Shown one piece after another: positions 59,909-64,000 of a stretch of DNA of 64,000 nucleotides. Source of the stretch: a virus; IMG/VR virus record IMGVR_UViG_3300045806_000063, positions 1 through 64,000 of that record. The stretch is one strand, 5' to 3'. Position numbers and translations under genes: made by a program. How positions within the stretch are numbered: the stretch's first letter is position 1; each line of letters starts with the position of its first letter. The notes beneath the pieces are model-generated. The model ran no database searches. It was not told the DNA's origin and was given only the letters and a program-made list of their open reading frames with translations.

Positions 59909-60262
59909 ATGAACAAAATTACTACTGTATTATTTTTCACCGTCATTGCATTTATGATGATGGCTTGTTCAACTACACCAGTCACACCTCAGGTGATTGA
60001 ACAGACCGTTCAGAATGCAGCAAATGACTTTTGTGCATTAGCCCCTACAGTCACTAAGGTGGTTATCACAGTTGAACAAGCCACTGGCGTTGATGCTAAA
60101 ACTCAAAATGCTACTACTAATGCAGCTACTGCTACGGCAGTGGGTTGTACTGCCGTGAACCTCGTATCTACTTTGTCCGGTACTCCTACTACATCTACCA
60201 CTCTGGTAGCTCCATCGTCTGGTACTATTACTGCTGCAGCTCCTGTAACTGTAAAGCCGTAA
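59909..60262 (+). CDS. Thr/Ala-rich lipoprotein
   Basis: AAGGA RBS; MNKITTVLFFTVIAFMMMA-C. Confidence 0.65.
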   Translation: MNKITTVLFFTVIAFMMMACSTTPVTPQVIEQTVQNAANDFCALAPTVTKVVITVEQATGVDAKTQNATTNAATATAVGCTAVNLVSTLSGTPTTSTTLVAPSSGTITAAAPVTVKP

Positions 60263-60750
60263 TGTCTATCGCCTCGGAGATGGTTCCATATATTGGAACT
60301 AAGGCAGTTAGAGCAGTTCCCATGACCCTAGGTGCATATGAGTTATATCGTGGTGACGGTTTTAAGGTAGATACTCACTACGACGATCCTTTAGCTGCTG
60401 GATATTTGGTTGAGTACGATAATACAAGTAAACCTAATCATACTTCCCATATTGGGTATATTTCTTGGTCACCTAAATCTGTATTTGAGGCAGCTTATTC
60501 CCCCATCTTTGATACTGTGGGATATAGTTGGAGTGCAGCTATCCGACTCATAACTAAATTCCCTAACGAACTTATCATGTTTCACACTGATATGGGTGAA
60601 TTAGAACACATCAAAGCAGCACCTAGTTTAAACAATGGAGCTGTAAGATTCATTCATGCCAAAGGAGTGCATTGGGAATACTATTTAGACATTCCGTTAT
60701 CTGATTTGGCTAGAGTAGATTGGACTGTTAAAAATCGTAAACATTTGTAA
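60262..60750 (+). CDS. phage protein with YIGTK/SWSPK domain and DUF2829/Tad2-like C-terminus
   Basis: YIGTKAVRA.PM...GYLVEY...GYISWSPK.VFE.AY; ends DLARVDWTV; TAATG coupling. Confidence 0.6.
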   Translation: MSIASEMVPYIGTKAVRAVPMTLGAYELYRGDGFKVDTHYDDPLAAGYLVEYDNTSKPNHTSHIGYISWSPKSVFEAAYSPIFDTVGYSWSAAIRLITKFPNELIMFHTDMGELEHIKAAPSLNNGAVRFIHAKGVHWEYYLDIPLSDLARVDWTVKNRKHL

Positions 60751-60758
60751 TATTACTT

Positions 60759-60796
60759 AGGGGTATCAGGCACTCATGTGAGTGCCTGATACCCCT
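60759..60796. repeat. palindrome, 18-bp arms, TG spacer
   Basis: aggggtatcaggcactca tg tgag... Confidence 0.9.
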
Positions 60797-60902
60797 GCTT
60801 TCGTAATTATATGTTAATAATCTCATCGGTTAATACCATTCTAAGTACCCTAGTTCGCTGAATATTAATGGGTAATTTTTACATCGACAGATAAGGAATA
60901 AA

Positions 60903-62306
60903 ATGAAAACTATTATACAGGCAATTGGGATAAGCTTACTCCTATTTTCTATTTCAGTATTGGCTACTGGACCATTAACTACTACTCCCACACTTCGTAC
61001 TGTAACGATCGGTGGCGGTGGAGCTGAAACCTTCGGTCCTGGTTTAACAACTGATCAAATTAATGCAAACTTTAACAATATAGCAGCAGTGGCGAATGAT
61101 GCCAATGTTAAAGTGATTAGTGTCACTGACTATGGAGCTATTCCTAATTCTATATCTGACCAATACGGTGCCTTTGCTGCGGCAGTTTCTGCAGTAACTA
61201 CTTCTGGTACTCCTCTGTATGGTGCATCTATTCAAGTACCTTCAGGTAACTATGTATTGTCAGCTGCACCTAACTGGAGCTCAAATAGTATCCAGTGGGT
61301 ATTTGCAAATCATGTTACATTTTCTGGAGTAGGGGCTTCGAGTTTTCCTCGTGCTAATACTAACCCCACTACGATGCCGGTATCTGGAATCTTTAGTCAG
61401 TTTTATGATTCAGTGACTTCACCTAGTGGTGGCGGACCATCTGCATTGACTTCTGAAATATTTCAACCTACCACTGCTACCGGTAATTACATTGCTGGGT
61501 ATTTTGGAGCACAGGGATCGTCTACTGTTAATACTGCATATGTCGGAGGGGTATGGGGACTGAATGTAGTCGCTAACTCACTGGCAGGTATGACTGGAAC
61601 TATAACTGGAGTTGAGATAGATGTTAATACTACTTCTGCGGTATTAACTAACTCTTCTGGATTATCCATACAGGGACTTGGAACGTATAATGCCAGTGAT
61701 GCCATAAAAATAGCTAGAAGCGACTCTAGCTTATGGACATACGGTTTAGATATGTACAATGTTGTAAATGGCATTCTAATCAATCCAACTACTTTAGGTT
61801 TAACTATCGGCTCTCCAGCAGGGGGACAGGGTTCATTAGCTCCGCAGGCTATTACCGTAGAACAGATAAGCAATAATGCAATGAGTGATATACTATTTGC
61901 AAATCGCGCAACTGACGTAGCCCCAGTGGGTAGTTTTTTACGGTTAGCTAATGCTGCTAATAATTTAAATTTATTTAAAGTGGATATAAGTGGTAACTTA
62001 TATGCTGGTAGATTGGCAAGTATCGGAGGACCTACTCCTGCACTGACTAGTTGTGGAACTAGCCCTAGTGTGACTACCGGTAGTGTTGCTAACATGGGTC
62101 AAATAACTTTTGGCACTGGCACCCCTACTAGCTGTACGTTAACATTCCCTGTTGCTTTTGATAGTTCTGCTTTCTGTACAGCAACTCCTGCTTCAGCTTA
62201 TACCGGGACTTATTATTTTAGTACTTCTTCAGCTACAGGGTTTACACTAACTTTAGGTACCGGAACAAATTCAGTTGTATTCAATTACATCTGTTTTGGT
62301 AATTGA
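60903..62306 (+). CDS. signal-peptide-bearing pectate-lyase-3/tailspike-like protein
   Basis: MKTIIQAIGISLLLFSISVLA-T; SVTDYGAIPN, VPSGNY. Confidence 0.65.
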   Translation: MKTIIQAIGISLLLFSISVLATGPLTTTPTLRTVTIGGGGAETFGPGLTTDQINANFNNIAAVANDANVKVISVTDYGAIPNSISDQYGAFAAAVSAVTTSGTPLYGASIQVPSGNYVLSAAPNWSSNSIQWVFANHVTFSGVGASSFPRANTNPTTMPVSGIFSQFYDSVTSPSGGGPSALTSEIFQPTTATGNYIAGYFGAQGSSTVNTAYVGGVWGLNVVANSLAGMTGTITGVEIDVNTTSAVLTNSSGLSIQGLGTYNASDAIKIARSDSSLWTYGLDMYNVVNGILINPTTLGLTIGSPAGGQGSLAPQAITVEQISNNAMSDILFANRATDVAPVGSFLRLANAANNLNLFKVDISGNLYAGRLASIGGPTPALTSCGTSPSVTTGSVANMGQITFGTGTPTSCTLTFPVAFDSSAFCTATPASAYTGTYYFSTSSATGFTLTLGTGTNSVVFNYICFGN

Positions 62307-62318
62307 TAGGAGATTACA

Positions 62319-63080
62319 ATGACCGATTACAGTAGTGATGGGTTTAGCGGCGATGGTTATTTTAAGAATGATGCAATACGTCCCAATGTAACTACCGATA
62401 ACCCGATATTACCAACTGGTTATTTGGCTCCTGGAGTTAATTATCTTCAAGAGCCTACCACCATAGTTTATGACCCAACAGGAGCTTTACTAGGAAACCT
62501 TGTTTTCGGTGAAACTACCAGCCCTGTTACAGAACCCGATATATGGACATTAGAAGGTCCTTTCTATCAGCAAGGTTTAACAGTCACAGGAGTCTTATCT
62601 TCCGGTGGAGCGCCTCAGGAATTGGTTCCTTTCCTTGATTATACCTTCTCTCCTTTATATGGTAAGATGACTGATCAAATTGGACTACCTATTTACAGTT
62701 ACTTATTGTTAACAAATACTTCAAACTGGGCTAGTGTCACCACCACTTATCAAGCTGTAGGTTGTGCAAGGGACGCTATTTTATTACAAGAGATAGTAGA
62801 CCTTGGAACTTTTGATAGAACTAATTTAACAGTCTGGGAAGGGTTAGTAGGTGATAGCATTATTACCACGGATGACATCTTACCTGATGTATTAACAAAT
62901 GGCGAAACTGTTTATATACTGTCAAAGAAATTAAACACGTTAGCTGCTCAGTTACAAGGGCCTAACGTATATAAATCAGGGCTAGAGGCTCTGAAATTAG
63001 ATGTGACTAATGAACTATCTATTCTGCAATCTACAGTTAATAGTTTATCAGCTACAGTGTCGCAATATTTAGTGGTGTAA
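62319..63080 (+). CDS. stand-alone tail fibre N-terminal domain, paralogue of 47564-49639
   Basis: Alignable by eye over about 190 aa (GPFY, YQAVG, NLT.W.GLVGD). Confidence 0.7.
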   Translation: MTDYSSDGFSGDGYFKNDAIRPNVTTDNPILPTGYLAPGVNYLQEPTTIVYDPTGALLGNLVFGETTSPVTEPDIWTLEGPFYQQGLTVTGVLSSGGAPQELVPFLDYTFSPLYGKMTDQIGLPIYSYLLLTNTSNWASVTTTYQAVGCARDAILLQEIVDLGTFDRTNLTVWEGLVGDSIITTDDILPDVLTNGETVYILSKKLNTLAAQLQGPNVYKSGLEALKLDVTNELSILQSTVNSLSATVSQYLVV

Positions 63081-63091
63081 GTTTTAATTCA

Positions 63092-63122
63092 ATATACCTC
63101 ACATGTAATATGTGAGGTATAT
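63092..63122. repeat. palindrome, 13-bp arms, 5-nt spacer
   Basis: atatacctcacat gtaat atgtg... Confidence 0.85.
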
Positions 63123-63148
63123 ACACGAATTTAATATGAGGTTAAACA

Positions 63149-63844
63149 ATGATTAAATCAATACGGATGATAGATTTTGCAGATGGACATCCTTTAGTTA
63201 TAGAAAACTTAGGGTTAATAAACTTACTAATATCAGAAAATCATGGATATGGAAAGACGAAACTACTCCGTCATATCCATATGGAATCTAGACCAAGAAT
63301 CAAATATTTTTCAGCACCTTACTTAGATACAATGTTGGTAAGTGTGATTAGTCAGATCGAATACAGTACTGTAAGTTCTGATGTTTTAAATGGATATATT
63401 GATCGAGTTGGACAATTATTTGACTTAAAAATACCCTTAACAGAAACACTACACCAGTGGCAGCGCTCAACTGATTTTGTAAACTTAAGAGTATGCAAAG
63501 TTCTTTTGATGATAATAAGATTAGTGAATAGCCGAGATGGAACTATCATAGTAGATGAAATCGATTATGGTTTGCATTATAGAAGCCAGTTAGCTCTTTG
63601 GGAACTCATTTATGAATTAGCTTTGATTTATAATGTGCAGGTAATTGCTAGTACGATGAACAAAGATAGCCGTATGGCTATGTTGGCTACTGGATTAAAT
63701 GACCCTATGACTGACGCCAAGTATATCATGTTACGTTATAGTAGCACTGAGTCTAATTATGGTAGTCCTATCGCTAGGACATACCCGTTACCTGCTTTTG
63801 ATTGTTTATTAAAGGTATTAGCTTCTGATAGAAACTTTACATAA
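63149..63844 (+). CDS. minimal AAA_21/ABC-type ATPase
   Basis: ENHGYGKT Walker A, IIVDEIDYGLH Walker B/D-loop, NVQVIAST. Confidence 0.7.
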   Translation: MIKSIRMIDFADGHPLVIENLGLINLLISENHGYGKTKLLRHIHMESRPRIKYFSAPYLDTMLVSVISQIEYSTVSSDVLNGYIDRVGQLFDLKIPLTETLHQWQRSTDFVNLRVCKVLLMIIRLVNSRDGTIIVDEIDYGLHYRSQLALWELIYELALIYNVQVIASTMNKDSRMAMLATGLNDPMTDAKYIMLRYSSTESNYGSPIARTYPLPAFDCLLKVLASDRNFT

Positions 63845-63858
63845 AACAATATCCATTA

Positions 63859-63895
63859 TAGTACACACCTGTCCATTATGGACAGGTGTGTACTA
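63859..63895. repeat. palindrome, 18-bp arms, 1-nt spacer
   Basis: tagtacacacctgtccat t atgg... Confidence 0.9.
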
Positions 63896-63947
63896 GTCAT
63901 TAAAATTTATGCCAGAATTATATGTCATCTTAACTAGGAGGTGTGTT

Positions 63948-64000
63948 ATGACTTTAGAATTACCATTTAATTTTGACACAGTGGGTAATGTAATACCTAT
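63948..64000 (+). CDS. partial ORF at window end
   Basis: AGGAGG RBS then ATG; open to edge. Confidence 0.5.
   Translation, partial: MTLELPFNFDTVGNVIP

Noticed and set aside
60145-60261. Long start for the Tad2-like ORF
   Set aside because: It overlaps the lipoprotein gene; TAATG coupling at 60260-60264 gives the likelier start.
5902-62095. Antisense/overlapping ORFs in the track (e.g. 5902, 7482, 18190, 29780, 42984, 43269, 54683, 61487)
   Set aside because: They lie within well-supported genes, lack RBSs and look like shadow frames.
44877-63080. Diversity-generating retroelement or invertase acting on fibres
   Set aside because: No reverse transcriptase or invertase, and no near-identical TR/VR pair seen; the paralogues are highly diverged.
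4-63895. Palindromes as MITE/IS ends or REP elements
   Set aside because: Arms are mostly unrelated (only 4 and 57957 share ATTACTCCTTC); no transposase and no consistent target duplication.
1-64000. Genome-wide stop-codon reassignment
   Set aside because: Core genes are full length in the standard code, and TAA, TAG and TGA all end genes.

Overview
AT-rich segment of a phiKZ-like jumbo phage (probably Chimalliviridae; inferred from gene content and order, no database search run). Core genes run in phiKZ-like order: exonuclease/motif-A half of the split PolB, Nudix protein, head and baseplate proteins, DnaB helicase, major capsid protein, non-virion RNAP beta fragment, RuvC, portal, lytic transglycosylase, tail-fibre paralogues and RNase HI. 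Two tRNAs are present (Ile2/CAT, Leu/TAA). The main unexplained structure is non-coding. (1) Six dispersed copies of an ~83-bp promoter plus double-hairpin leader each drive one unrelated accessory ORF inserted between core genes. These form insulated cassettes, and the copies are mosaics of one another. (2) Twenty-one long palindromes with 13-20 bp arms mark unit boundaries. All 12 perfect ones are centred on TpA, and most imperfect ones look like 1-2 nt deletions of such a centre. Other oddities are two signal-peptide-bearing tailspike-like proteins, two in-frame TAA stops followed by open frames, a lipase/lipoprotein cluster, a Tad2-like protein, a minimal AAA_21-type ATPase and an RNase H fusion. 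phiKZ gp numbers are from recalled synteny and need confirmation.
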